A stretch of DNA of 64,000 bases from an uncultured delta proteobacterium (GTDB taxonomy: Bacteria > Myxococcota_A > Polyangia > Fen-1088). A program made the translations under genes and the position numbers. The DNA lies in the NCBI GenBank assembly GCA_963796685.1, contig CAWCMR010000014.1:96001-160000 (forward strand), given 5' to 3'. The notes under the pieces were generated by a model, which searched no databases, had not been told where the DNA came from, and saw only the letters and a program-made list of their open reading frames with translations. This document shows positions 18,243-28,154 of the stretch, in pieces. Each line of letters begins with the position of its first letter. The first letter of the stretch is position 1.

Positions 18243-20573
18243 TCACTTCGATGAAGACGCCCAGCCCACCCCGGCTGGGCGTTTCGCTTTTCTCACGGTC
18301 GATTTGTGCGGAGGCATTCCGCCTGATTGCCACTCACGCCCTCTGGAGACACTCGACCTCGCATACCTGACGCGGCAGCGATGTGAACTTCCGCCTTTCC
18401 TTTGCTGCCTACCACGTCCCCTGTTCGAGCGCGCTGTGCGCATTTCCAGGCCCTGCGTCCGTAGTTCGGTTGCCGATATCATGAGCGGAGAAGAAAGAAT
18501 GCAGCAGAGCCAGAAGGTACCCAGGTCCTGGGTGGTCCAACTTCCCGATACCCCGGTGCGATAGACATGTGCGATCGTTCCGGTTGAGGTCAAAATGACA
18601 ATGTGAAGCGTATTGTCTGCGGTGACCACGCAGTCCGGTGACGACGCTGGGACCGAATTGCCTGACAGCTCCCAGGCTGAGAATGTGGTTTGGTCGACCG
18701 AGGCTGTCGTCCAGTCGGTCTGGGAATAGGCGACATACAGCTTCCCGCCTGCGACCGCCGCAGTGTACCGCCTGTAATCGCTCGTCGTCGGGTCGCTATG
18801 GTTGCACAAAGTCGGTGAGTAGCTATACGTTGCTGATGCTGGTGGGAGCCAATACGTATTCGGTTGCCAGCCCGATCCGAACCCCGAAGTGTGGTCAAAA
18901 TAGACCATCCCATTGCCGGTAAAGGCCACCATCTCGGCATGGTTAGGATTATCGCCATTTCCTTGCTGATATGCGATATCCGGCGCAGACGTCAGTGCGT
19001 AGTCCACCGTGGGAGTGTAGCCGCCATACGTGGTGCCATCGAAGGTAACCCAGCTTGGCATTCCAGACGCCGGCACGGCTGCCATCTGGTACGTAACATC
19101 GGTACTGTTGGGCCAAGCGGCAATGGACACGCCGATGTAACCGAAGGTCGAAGGGCTATTCGTGGACAGCTCTCGAGTGAACGCGTTGTAGCTCGTGCCA
19201 AATCCAGTGGCATGCATGTACGAGCCTGTTGGGCTTGCCCCGGATGCCACGATGTGAACCGTGTTCGAATTGCTGCTGCAGTCCAAATCCGAACGAGCGT
19301 CGAGCTTTGTGGCATCGAGAGCCGGGATGCTTGCCCAGGAGCCAGAGCTGCTGCCGCTGATGACCCGACGATAGATCTTCTGACCACTGCTAGCGAAAAC
19401 CTCGACGCTTGACAAATCGGGACTCGTAGCGCATGGCCCGCTGATAAACGCATTCTTGGCACAGGTTCCACTTCCACCCGAGCACCCGTTCCCGGTCACG
19501 CAGTCGGCGTCAGTTGTACAAGATGTCTTGCACGCGGTGGTGGATGCACAGACAAGATTGCCAGCACAAGATGTGGTCGTGCCTGGCAGGCAGGCGCCGG
19601 CACTACAAGCACCTTGCGGCACAAGAGTCGTTCCCGTCGGCTGCGACTGCGTGTTCGTCAGGGTCGTACAGCTACCCACTCCACAGGGCGTCGTTGGCCA
19701 TGTGCACTGACCGTTCGCCGCACCGGTGCAGCTGCCGCTGCAATCAGAGCTGGTGCCTGTGCAACTCCCATGTCCCGCATGGGGTGCACCAGTCACAGGC
19801 TTGCAGGCGCCAGTTTCGCACGACTCGCACGTGCCAGCGCACGCACGATCACAACAGTGTCCATCCGATGAGCATGACAACCCTGATGCGCAGGTTGCGG
19901 AGGACTGACAGGTCTGGCCCGGAGCGCCCGTACCTCCGCTTCCGCCAGATTCGCCACCGGTGCCGTTTCCACCAGATCCGCTTCCACCAGATCCGCCACC
20001 GGTGCCGCTTCCGCCAGATCCGCCACCGGTGCCGCTTCCGCCAGATCCGCCACCGGTGCCACCAAGGGGCGCATCGAGGGCGTCGGCATTGGGTGCGTCG
20101 ATCGGACCAGCTCCGCCGGTGCCGGGTACGCCCCCAGCGCCCGCCTCGGAAGACGTCGTCGGAGGACCATCGAGCGGCACGTCGGCCATCAAGTCGATGC
20201 TGCCATCCCATCCCCAAGCCCCGCCCGTCCCTTGCCCGCTGTCCATCGAGGCCACGCCTCCCGTGCCAAGACCGGTTTCTCGAATCGCGATGTCGTGGCC
20301 TGCTTGGGAATCGAGCGCAGTGGCATCCAGGCCACCGGAAGGGGGTGGAACCTTGCAGGTCTTGCCGTCCGTCGACTCACAGCAAATGTCGTTCGCTCCG
20401 CAAACGGAGCCCCACGGACAGCTCTTGTCATCTTTGCAGTGGTAGGTTTGGGTAGGATCGATCTTCGGGTCGTTGAAACACCCGAAGCTGAGAATGGAAA
20501 GCAGGGCGGCCAATGCCAGCCCCAGGCGATCCCGGCTGCAAGACGACTGTGAGGAAGATGACGAGAAAGACAT
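18243..20573 (-). CDS. Cys-rich myxobacterial lipoprotein with Gly linker and C-terminal beta-propeller-like domain
   Basis: ATG overlaps the upstream stop (TGATG); lipobox LSFGC; CCDRACAGTCESC-type Cys repeats; beta-rich C-terminal repeats; the last 90 aa or so look non-coding. Confidence 0.7.
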   Translation of the reverse strand: MSFSSSSSQSSCSRDRLGLALAALLSILSFGCFNDPKIDPTQTYHCKDDKSCPWGSVCGANDICCESTDGKTCKVPPPSGGLDATALDSQAGHDIAIRETGLGTGGVASMDSGQGTGGAWGWDGSIDLMADVPLDGPPTTSSEAGAGGVPGTGGAGPIDAPNADALDAPLGGTGGGSGGSGTGGGSGGSGTGGGSGGSGSGGNGTGGESGGSGGTGAPGQTCQSSATCASGLSCSSDGHCCDRACAGTCESCETGACKPVTGAPHAGHGSCTGTSSDCSGSCTGAANGQCTWPTTPCGVGSCTTLTNTQSQPTGTTLVPQGACSAGACLPGTTTSCAGNLVCASTTACKTSCTTDADCVTGNGCSGGSGTCAKNAFISGPCATSPDLSSVEVFASSGQKIYRRVISGSSSGSWASIPALDATKLDARSDLDCSSNSNTVHIVASGASPTGSYMHATGFGTSYNAFTRELSTNSPSTFGYIGVSIAAWPNSTDVTYQMAAVPASGMPSWVTFDGTTYGGYTPTVDYALTSAPDIAYQQGNGDNPNHAEMVAFTGNGMVYFDHTSGFGSGWQPNTYWLPPASATYSYSPTLCNHSDPTTSDYRRYTAAVAGGKLYVAYSQTDWTTASVDQTTFSAWELSGNSVPASSPDCVVTADNTLHIVILTSTGTIAHVYRTGVSGSWTTQDLGTFWLCCILSSPLMISATELRTQGLEMRTARSNRGRGRQQRKGGSSHRCRVRYARSSVSRGREWQSGGMPPHKSTVRKAKRPAGVGWASSSK

Positions 20574-21379
20574 CAGAACGCTCCTGTCAGCACGGCACCT
20601 GCAGTGCCAGGCGCAACGGTTGGTACCAGGGCAACGCTGGACATTGAATCTCGGCCGGAATGCCAACCGAGATAGTAGAGCAATGACCCACCGGCCAGGC
20701 AGGCCGCGCCCGCGCCGTAGCTGACCCAACCGAGGGTCTTGTAGCTCTTGCGTGAGGTATCGGTGTCGCGGTTGAAGTTGTCGGGTTTCTGGAGATCGCT
20801 CGTCATGCTGTTGACCTTGAGGTTCAAGATCACGCCGGTGAGCAACGCGGCGGCACCGACGGAAGCCACCGTGATGCCAGCGATGCGCAGTCCCGAGCCC
20901 GTCTTGCCCTCGATTTGCCCTGGTTGCCGCGCCACGACCCCGGCCTCCGGCGAGATAGGGACCTGGATAGGCTGCGCTTGCGCGACGGGGGTCGAAACGA
21001 CGGCAGGAGGCGGCGAAACGACGGTAGGGGGAGGCTCGCTCTTGGGGAGATATGATTCGCAGGCCTCGATGCGCTTTTGCGCCACCGCCTTTTCTTCAGG
21101 CGTGAGCTTTTCCCCCTTGACCAGGTATTCGCGGAATCGGGCGATGGCATCCTCGTATTTGCGGTTCTGCTCGAAGCATCGTCCCTGGTTGAAGATATAG
21201 GTGATGTCGTTCGTGTCGACATAGAGCTCGGCCAGGAGGTCCACGCCTTTGGCCGGATCGCCGGACAGGCAGGCTTTCTTGGCCATGCGCTCCTTGGCTT
21301 GTCTGCTGGCCGCAGAAGCGGGCTCCGGCAACGACACCAGAATCGCGAGTATCACCAACAACATCCCTAGGCAACGCAT
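20573..21379 (-). CDS. Myxobacterial TPR protein with C-terminal Gly-rich hydrophobic segments
   Basis: Signal peptide; YIFNQGRCFEQNRKYEDAIARFREYL; Pro-rich linker; GLRIAGI.. and final VLTGAF. Confidence 0.75.
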   Translation of the reverse strand: MRCLGMLLVILAILVSLPEPASAASRQAKERMAKKACLSGDPAKGVDLLAELYVDTNDITYIFNQGRCFEQNRKYEDAIARFREYLVKGEKLTPEEKAVAQKRIEACESYLPKSEPPPTVVSPPPAVVSTPVAQAQPIQVPISPEAGVVARQPGQIEGKTGSGLRIAGITVASVGAAALLTGVILNLKVNSMTSDLQKPDNFNRDTDTSRKSYKTLGWVSYGAGAACLAGGSLLYYLGWHSGRDSMSSVALVPTVAPGTAGAVLTGAF

Positions 21380-21383
21380 GGTC

Positions 21384-21463
21384 TTGACCTCATCTTGAAT
21401 ATTCTCGTCGCTTCACGGTCCGCGAATTTGTCGCAGCATGAACAGAAATGGCGCGCAAGTCAA
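21384..21463 (-). promoter_or_regulatory. Conserved 80-bp promoter/leader, copy B
   Basis: On the minus strand TTGACT-N17-CATGCT, then GAGGT RBS just before the ATG at 21379; homologous to 2993-3072. Confidence 0.65.
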
Positions 21464-21541
21464 ACAGCGGAGACCGCCGGTGACTCGCAACGATGTCGCG
21501 GGATCGCGGTACGTCGTCCCTCGGTGGCTCCATCCGGTGTC

Positions 21542-22732
21542 TCAGTGCAAGGCTGGGACGGTGGCGTCCGCGTAGCGGGCCGGATCCTGAATGAATCGAT
21601 CGCGGCACAGATCGCTGCAAAAATAGTATGTCTTGCCCTGGTACTCGGAGCGGGCGGCGGCATGGTAGCGGTGGATCTTCATTCTGCACACCGGGTCTTG
21701 CACCTCGACGTCGGCCTCTGCGCGGGTGGGTAGCACCTTCGCTGCTCCATCGGTGGCGACGAGCGCATGCAGATAGGAGACCAAGTCGTCGACCTCGGGC
21801 TCCGTCAGGTAGTCGCGGTACGAGGGCATGAGCGGGTCGTAGCCGGAGACGACCTGGTCGCCGGGATCGAGGATGGACCGCCGCAGGTAAGCGTCATCGG
21901 CCGAGACGGTGGCTCCGCCCACCATCCGCACTGTCCGGCCGGCCAAGCCGTCGAGCGAAGGCCCGGTCTTGAGGTCGGCGTGGCATCCTCGACAACCCAG
22001 GGTTTGAAACAAGCCCAGCCCGCGCGAGGCTGCGGACGTTTCGGGCTTCTTCTCGTTCGACTTGGTGACGCCTTTTGCCATCGCGGCGGCGTCCGCGTCG
22101 AGCATGGTGGCATCGGCCACCAGGCGCAGAACGGCTTTGTCGTCCAGGCTGCCGTAGACACCGCGGACTTGCCCGCGACGGTCGACCAGGAAAAGGAGCG
22201 ACGTGTGCAGGATCGGCTCTCGCGGAATATTGGTGTGCTCGAACGGCACCTTCATGGCTTGGGCGAATTCGGTTATCTGGGCCGCAGGGGGACGTAGGAG
22301 CAGCCAGCGCGGATCGGCGTTCCACTTGGCGGCGTAGGCCTTCAGCACCTCCGGCGTGTCGTGGTCGGGATCGATCGAGAACGACACGAAGCGAAGGTCC
22401 GCCGACGGTATCGCCCTTCTGAGCAGGCTCATCTTGGCCGTGATGATCGGACACATGGTCGTGCACCGGGTGTAGATGAAGTCGGCGATCCACACGTGCC
22501 CGCGCAAGGCCGACTCGTCCATCACCTGCCCCTCGGTATCGACGAAGGCGAAGGGAGGTACGTCCCCCAGAGTGGGCAAAGATCGGCGGGCATGCGGTAC
22601 CGGATGCGCGATCCGAATCGCGCGCGAGACTACGAGCGCGATCCCCAAGAGCGCTGCAAAGCCGCAGGCCCCCAAGGCCAGGAGACTCTTCGGCGCGACC
22701 CGCCTGGGCCGGGACGGCGAGGGGTGCTTCAG
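21542..22732 (-). CDS. Membrane-anchored SCO (SenC) - cytochrome c - YHS fusion protein
   Basis: N-terminal TM; FIYTRCTTMCP (CxxxC) and ILHTS (SCO Cu ligands); GCRGCH..LMPSY (class I heme c); DPVCRMKI..YQGKTYYFCSDLC (YHS). Start uncertain: CTG 22732 overlapping the upstream stop, or TTG 22675. Confidence 0.85.
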   Translation of the reverse strand: MKHPSPSRPRRVAPKSLLALGACGFAALLGIALVVSRAIRIAHPVPHARRSLPTLGDVPPFAFVDTEGQVMDESALRGHVWIADFIYTRCTTMCPIITAKMSLLRRAIPSADLRFVSFSIDPDHDTPEVLKAYAAKWNADPRWLLLRPPAAQITEFAQAMKVPFEHTNIPREPILHTSLLFLVDRRGQVRGVYGSLDDKAVLRLVADATMLDADAAAMAKGVTKSNEKKPETSAASRGLGLFQTLGCRGCHADLKTGPSLDGLAGRTVRMVGGATVSADDAYLRRSILDPGDQVVSGYDPLMPSYRDYLTEPEVDDLVSYLHALVATDGAAKVLPTRAEADVEVQDPVCRMKIHRYHAAARSEYQGKTYYFCSDLCRDRFIQDPARYADATVPALH

Positions 22733-23931
22733 CGTCGTTGCCGTCGCCGTCGCCTTCGCAGCATGACCAACGCGCCGAGCATCGCGGTGCTGACGAACCA
22801 AGAAGCTCCGCCGCTGGCAGAGATGTCGCACCCGCCCGACCCGGTCTTGGCGGGCGCGCCCATCCCAGTGCTGGCCGATGTACCCGTCGAGCCGCTCGTT
22901 CCGCCCGCGCTGCCACCCGAGTCCGTCCTGCCTCCTGAGCCCGTCAGCCCTCCGGCTCCGGCGCCCCCGCCACCCTCGGTGGTGCCGCCCGTCCCCGCGC
23001 TGCCTCCTGAGCCCGATCGCCCTGCGGAGCCAGCACTCCCGCCCTCGCCAATGGTACCACCGGAACCTGGGCCACCGCCCGAGCCGGCCGTGCCCCCAGC
23101 GCTGTTGCTGCCGCCTTTGCCGGTGGTGCCGCCGGAACCCGCGCCACTGCCCGAACCGGCCGTGCCCCCAGCTCCGCTGCCGCCGCTTCCACCGGCCCCG
23201 ATGCTCGAGCCACCACCCCCACCCGAGCCGCCGCCGGCTCCGCTGGCGTCGGAGAGACCGGTCGATGCATCTTTTGCAACCGACGCATCCGCCGAATCGT
23301 TACCGCCGTCGGGGGACGATCCTGTCGAGATGTCCGCGCAGTGATGATAGTAGCAATCGTTGGCCGGGTGATCGGTCATCACCATGATGACCTGAAGGGT
23401 GCACGGCTGCGCGCTGGTGCAAGTCGCGCTCTTCGGAATCGTGACCTGGAATGTTTGATTGCCGCTCTGTTGCGTCGTCGCGGTCGAGCCGGCCGGCAAG
23501 CCATCGGCGATGACGGGCTGGGTCGGCGACCAGACTGGATCCTTCATGATGGCGGGCGTGCAATTGGTGCCTGCCTGGGCCTGCGGATCGGGCAGCGACG
23601 AAAGGGTGTGCGTCGAGCTCGCTCCCTCGACCAGTGCGATGCGAAACCAGCCCGGGTGCGTGACGGTCACCGTGATGGAGACGGGAACCGTCTGACCGGA
23701 TTGAAGCACGGTCACCGTCTTGGTCGGAGTGCCGGCAGAGTCGCCCAAGGCGGTGTTGGGCTGTGCCGCGCAAGGTCCGTTCTTCTGCGGACCACCGACG
23801 GAATCTTGCGACATCCAACTCGCCGGAGAGTCGATCTTGAAGTGGGCGTGCGCCGTGGATGGTATCCACGCCGCGCCAAAGGCCAACCACGGCACGAACG
23901 AATACTTCCGAGTCCAAGCCCGACACGCCAT
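22729..23931 (-). CDS. His-brace, LPMO-like protein (SCE4755-family-like) with Gly linker and MYXO-CTERM
   Basis: Signal ending AHA|H gives mature His1 (HFKIDSP..QKNGPC); second His in THPGWFRIAL; CTLQVIMVM; YYHHCADI; tail GSGGCDIS-TM-RRRRRRQRR. Confidence 0.75.
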   Translation of the reverse strand: MACRAWTRKYSFVPWLAFGAAWIPSTAHAHFKIDSPASWMSQDSVGGPQKNGPCAAQPNTALGDSAGTPTKTVTVLQSGQTVPVSITVTVTHPGWFRIALVEGASSTHTLSSLPDPQAQAGTNCTPAIMKDPVWSPTQPVIADGLPAGSTATTQQSGNQTFQVTIPKSATCTSAQPCTLQVIMVMTDHPANDCYYHHCADISTGSSPDGGNDSADASVAKDASTGLSDASGAGGGSGGGGGSSIGAGGSGGSGAGGTAGSGSGAGSGGTTGKGGSNSAGGTAGSGGGPGSGGTIGEGGSAGSAGRSGSGGSAGTGGTTEGGGGAGAGGLTGSGGRTDSGGSAGGTSGSTGTSASTGMGAPAKTGSGGCDISASGGASWFVSTAMLGALVMLRRRRRRQRR

Positions 23932-24001
23932 GACTACGTTGGACGCCGCAGTCGCCGGAAGGTTTCCGGATCTCGTGCGCGTCCTTGGCCGATCGATTTG
24001 G

Positions 24002-25132
24002 TCACCCACCTACGCGGGCGAGAAACTGCTGCCGTCGATCCTCGCTCCAGCGCGCGCAATAGGCCGGCCTCTGCTCGACAATGCGCTTGGTGCAAAGCGT
24101 GCACGAGGGTTGGCAGGGGTTGATGGCCTCCACGACCTCGCCGCGCGCTTTGCGTGGCCACAAGGGATCTGCAAAGAGCACGCGGCCCAGCCCCACCAGA
24201 TCCGCCTTGCCATCGCGAAGCGCGGACTCGGCGATGGCCGGGTCTTGGATGCGACCGGCGGCAATGACCGGAATATGGGGAAGGGCCTGCTTGATCGCGT
24301 GGGCGAAGGGGACCAAGAAGGCCTGGTTGCGATCGTCCGCCAGGTAATTCGGCGAGGCGAACGAGTCGTAGCAGCCGGCCATGACCGAGAGATAGGCGAC
24401 GCCCGCCTGGGCCAGCCGCTTGGCGAAGGGCAGGGTGTCGGCCAGGGTCAGGCCCCCGGGAACGTATTCGTCGGCCAAAAAGCGATAGCCCACGGGATAG
24501 TCATCGCCCACCGCTGCGCGGACTGCGCCGACGACGTCGAGGGGAAAGCGCATTCGCCGTTCGGCGTCGCCGCCGTAGGCATCCTGGCGCAGGTTGGTTC
24601 GCGGGGATAGAAATTGGGGTAACAGATAGCCGGTGCCGCCGTGCAGCTCCACGGCGTCGAACCCGGCCTGCCTCGCGCGAAGGGCACCGGCCGCGAAAGC
24701 GGTGAGCGTCGTTTCGATGTCGGTCTGCTCCATGGCCTTGGGCACCGCTCCCCACGTGGGAAAAGCGGACGGCGCCACCCGATCGGGACGCTTGGCATAT
24801 CGTCCGGCGTGATGGATCTGCAACACCGCCTTGGCGCCGCCGCCTCGGATGGCCGAGGCCAGGCGCGCAAGCCCGGCAACGAAGCGATCGTCCTGGTGTT
24901 CGTCGGTGGTCAGCAGCGTGCGCGGATTGCCGAGGCCGCGCGGCTCGACCGTCGTGTTCTCCACCACCACCATGCCCACACCCGACTCGGCCATCTCGGC
25001 ATAGTAGTCGAGCACGAGATCGTTCACCTGGTGATCCGGGTCGGGGTACGCCAGGTACATGGGCAGACTGACCAGGCGGTTTTCGAGCCGCAGCTGGCCG
25101 ATGCGCAGGGGAGTGAAAAGAAGGTTCGTCAT
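24002..25132 (-). CDS. NADH:flavin oxidoreductase (Old Yellow Enzyme family)
   Basis: LFTPLRIG..LENRLV, LQIHHAGR, AGFDAVELHGGTGYL..QFLSPRTNLRQDAYGG, ADLVGLGR; C-terminal Cys cluster. Confidence 0.88.
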   Translation of the reverse strand: MTNLLFTPLRIGQLRLENRLVSLPMYLAYPDPDHQVNDLVLDYYAEMAESGVGMVVVENTTVEPRGLGNPRTLLTTDEHQDDRFVAGLARLASAIRGGGAKAVLQIHHAGRYAKRPDRVAPSAFPTWGAVPKAMEQTDIETTLTAFAAGALRARQAGFDAVELHGGTGYLLPQFLSPRTNLRQDAYGGDAERRMRFPLDVVGAVRAAVGDDYPVGYRFLADEYVPGGLTLADTLPFAKRLAQAGVAYLSVMAGCYDSFASPNYLADDRNQAFLVPFAHAIKQALPHIPVIAAGRIQDPAIAESALRDGKADLVGLGRVLFADPLWPRKARGEVVEAINPCQPSCTLCTKRIVEQRPAYCARWSEDRRQQFLARVGG

Positions 25133-25141
25133 GGAGCGCGC

Positions 25142-25498
25142 CTAGCCGACGCCCAGCAGCTGGACCTCGAACAGCAACGTGGCATTCGGGGGGATGACGC
25201 CTCCGGCGCCGCGCGCGCCATAGCCCAGATTCGATGGAATCAGCAGCGTGCGCTTGCCTCCGATCTTCATGCCGACGACGCCCTCATCCCATCCCTTGAT
25301 GACCTGTCCCGTGCCCAAGACGAACTCGAAGGGATCGCCCCGATCGAGCGAGCTGTCGAACTTCTTTCCCTTCGCGTCGTTTGCCCACAGCCACCCGGTG
25401 TAGTGCATCTGGCAGGTCACCCCGGCCACGGCCTCCGCGCCCGTGCCCAGGGTGGTGTCTTCGAATTGCAGCCCGCTTGCGGTGATGGTCATGCTCAT
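25142..25498 (-). CDS. FKBP-type peptidyl-prolyl cis-trans isomerase
   Basis: [44 protein letters not shown]. Confidence 0.95.
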   Translation of the reverse strand: MSMTITASGLQFEDTTLGTGAEAVAGVTCQMHYTGWLWANDAKGKKFDSSLDRGDPFEFVLGTGQVIKGWDEGVVGMKIGGKRTLLIPSNLGYGARGAGGVIPPNATLLFEVQLLGVG

Positions 25499-25608
25499 GT
25501 GTCGTCCTAGGAAAATGGTTGTAGAAGGAGTCGGGGGCTTTTACCACTTTGGCGGTGATGGAGCGCGTCCACCGGTCATCCGTTCCGTGGTACCTTGGGG
25601 AAGCCATC

Positions 25609-26326
25609 ATGAAGACGAGAACCCTGGTATTGGTCGTGACGTTTCTCGCAAGCTGCGGTGGCTCAGGCTCGGATGCTCGCGATGCTTCCCTCGACGGCTA
25701 CGGGACGCCCGCGGATGTCCTGGGACCAAGCCCCGAGGTTGCCGTGGACCGCGCTTGGGAATCCACGGACGCACCGGAGCCGAGCTCTGACGTTCCTCTC
25801 GACGAGGCCGGGAAATCCGCGGACGCACCGGAGCCGAGCTTCTGACGTTCCTTTCGACGAGGCCGTGGGCTCCACGGACGGACCGGCGCAGAGCAATGAC
25901 GCTCCGGGTGGCGAGACCGGGGGAGCCTTGGACGCCACGGACGAGGGCGGTCTGTCTGGAAGTGGTTGCAGATTCAGAGACACCTCTGGGGTAGCGGTCA
26001 TCACGAAGGTCGTCTATTCCTCCGATCCCCGGAGCGCGTGCAATGCCATGGTGACGTTCTACTTCATTGCAGGCCTCACCCTGGACGGCGGCTCGGGGCC
26101 ATTCGCCTTGGATGGCGGCACGACCGTCGATGCCGGCGCACCCCCCAGCGGAGGTCGCATGTCGATCAATCCCGTCGAGGAGCCGCCCTGCAGCTATCTC
26201 GAATCGAACGGGATCGTTCTGGGGGCTATGTTGCCTGCCATTCGTCAGGATGCGTTTGCCGGAGCCTGTCCCACCCCGGTGTATGTGTTTCCAGGGATAG
26301 AGAATTCCCAGTATATGGGCCCTTAG
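25609..26326 (+). CDS. Hypothetical lipoprotein, frameshift near 25841
   Basis: MKTRTLVLVVTFLASC lipobox; 54-bp internal repeat whose second copy has one extra T (GAGCTTCTGAC vs GAGCTCTGAC); continues in the 25658-26326 frame. Confidence 0.6.
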
Positions 26327-26512
26327 CGTCCTGACCCCAACCGCCACGTGTGGCGTCGAAACTCAGGCGTGGGCGTATGGATGCCACGATTGTAACGCAG
26401 TCGACACGGATATCCCGGCTGTCGCAAGTCACATTCCAGCCTGCCATGGGCCATAGGGGGCTTGGGCCGGCTTCACGATCCGAGATCGTGTCTTCATACA
26501 AACGAGGTCACC

Positions 26513-28067
26513 ATGCACAATGTCCTTTCACGGGCGGCACGCGCCCTTTGTCATTTGGGTTGTGGGATTGTCGCGCTGTGCGCGTCGAGCGCGATCGTTC
26601 GGGCGGAGCCGTCGGTGCTCAAGCCCAACTCGCTGATCATCAGCAGTAGCACCTACGATCGGTCCCAGGGCGCCGTCGCATCGCTGACGGTTGGATCGAA
26701 CCTGCCCGGCTCGGCCAAGGCGACCACAGACTGCCGTCGCGGACAACAACTATGTCCACGTCTGGGACAATTCAGCGGTCGACGGCAGCTTTGGCGTAAC
26801 CTCCCCGATCCAATTGACCGTCATCGAACCGCACAGCGGTCACGTGCTCAAGACGCTGTCCGTCCCGACCGATCAGGTAGCCACGAGCTTTCCCTCCAAG
26901 TCGGAGCTGGGCCTGCACATCGCCCACGATTCGAACGGCGCACATCTCGTGTTCATGGCCTACGCCGGCCCTGGAATCGGCGCGCTCGACGTGTCGAACT
27001 CCGACGCAGTCGCAGGACAGGACCCGACGAACCCCGTGACTTTTGCTTTCGGGTCGACCTATGCGTTCGCCCGCACCATCGTCTCCATGAATGAGCGGGG
27101 ACACTTCTCCTATACGCCCACGATCAATTATGGAGGCAACAACGGCCGCTCGGCGCTGTTGGGATCGAACGGTCTCTACTATACCGTGGGCAACGCCAAC
27201 AACGGCGCTGCGTCGACCTTTGGCTCGAACGGCACCAATCCCGACGTCACCGAAACGACCGGCCTCGAGGTCGTCAATCCCATCAATGCGCGCATGTCGA
27301 GCGTGGCGATTCCGGCGAACAATTCGGCCGAGGTCGATCCTCTGATCCAATACCAATTCGGAACCAGCAAGCCCGACAAGCCCGGCAAGGACAACAACTA
27401 CCGAGGCGTGACGGAGTACGGCGGCGCGTTGTATTTCACCAAGGGTAGCGGCAGCAATGGAATCCAAACCGTCTACACCATCGGCACGTTGCCGACGACG
27501 GCACAGGCACCCACGACCAAGATCAGCGTCGTGCCAGGTTTCCCGACCGACTCGGCCAAGGCAACGGGCGGTGACTTTACCCCCTTCGCCGTGTTCTTCG
27601 CCAACGCCACGACCCTGTACGTGACGGACGAAGGCTCGGGCGACGCGCTTGACAAGTCCAGCCATGCGGGCCTCGAGAAATGGAGCCTCGCTGGCGGCGT
27701 GTGGCAGCTCGACTATGTGCTGACCAACGGCCTGCTCGGGACGGTCGATAGCAATTTGAACGGCTCCGACGGACAATATCCCGACGTAACGACGGTGGGC
27801 CTGCGCAACCTGACCGGCGTTGTCGATGGCAACAACGTGACCCTGTGGGCGACGACCTCGACCTCCAGTGCCTCGGGCGACAATGGCGCCGACCCGAACA
27901 AAGTCGTGGTTATCACCGACAGGCTGGGGTCGACGACCATGACGGGCGACGTGGCGCATGAGTCGTTTCGAGTGGTCACCGGGCCTACCTACGGTACCGT
28001 CTACCGGGGCGTCGCCTACGTGACTCATGGACAGTGTGGAGACGGCGGAGAGTCCAGGGACGACTAA
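26513..28067 (+). CDS. Secreted beta-rich hypothetical protein, frameshift near 26730
   Basis: GAGG RBS, signal peptide, then TSFPSKSELGL, YGGNNGRSALL, LYFTKGSGSNG, TTLYVTDEG, GLEKWSL; two ORF pieces join. Confidence 0.65.
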
Positions 28068-28154
28068 GTCGCCGCTCGAGGGGCGTCGGAAAGGTGCTGC
28101 CAAGGGCCACGGCGGAGTCCACGAGGACCCCGCCGCCCCCGCGAGCAATCGGGT

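Noticed and set aside
26330-26510. Long leader as a possible riboswitch
   Set aside because: No conserved riboswitch motif recognised.
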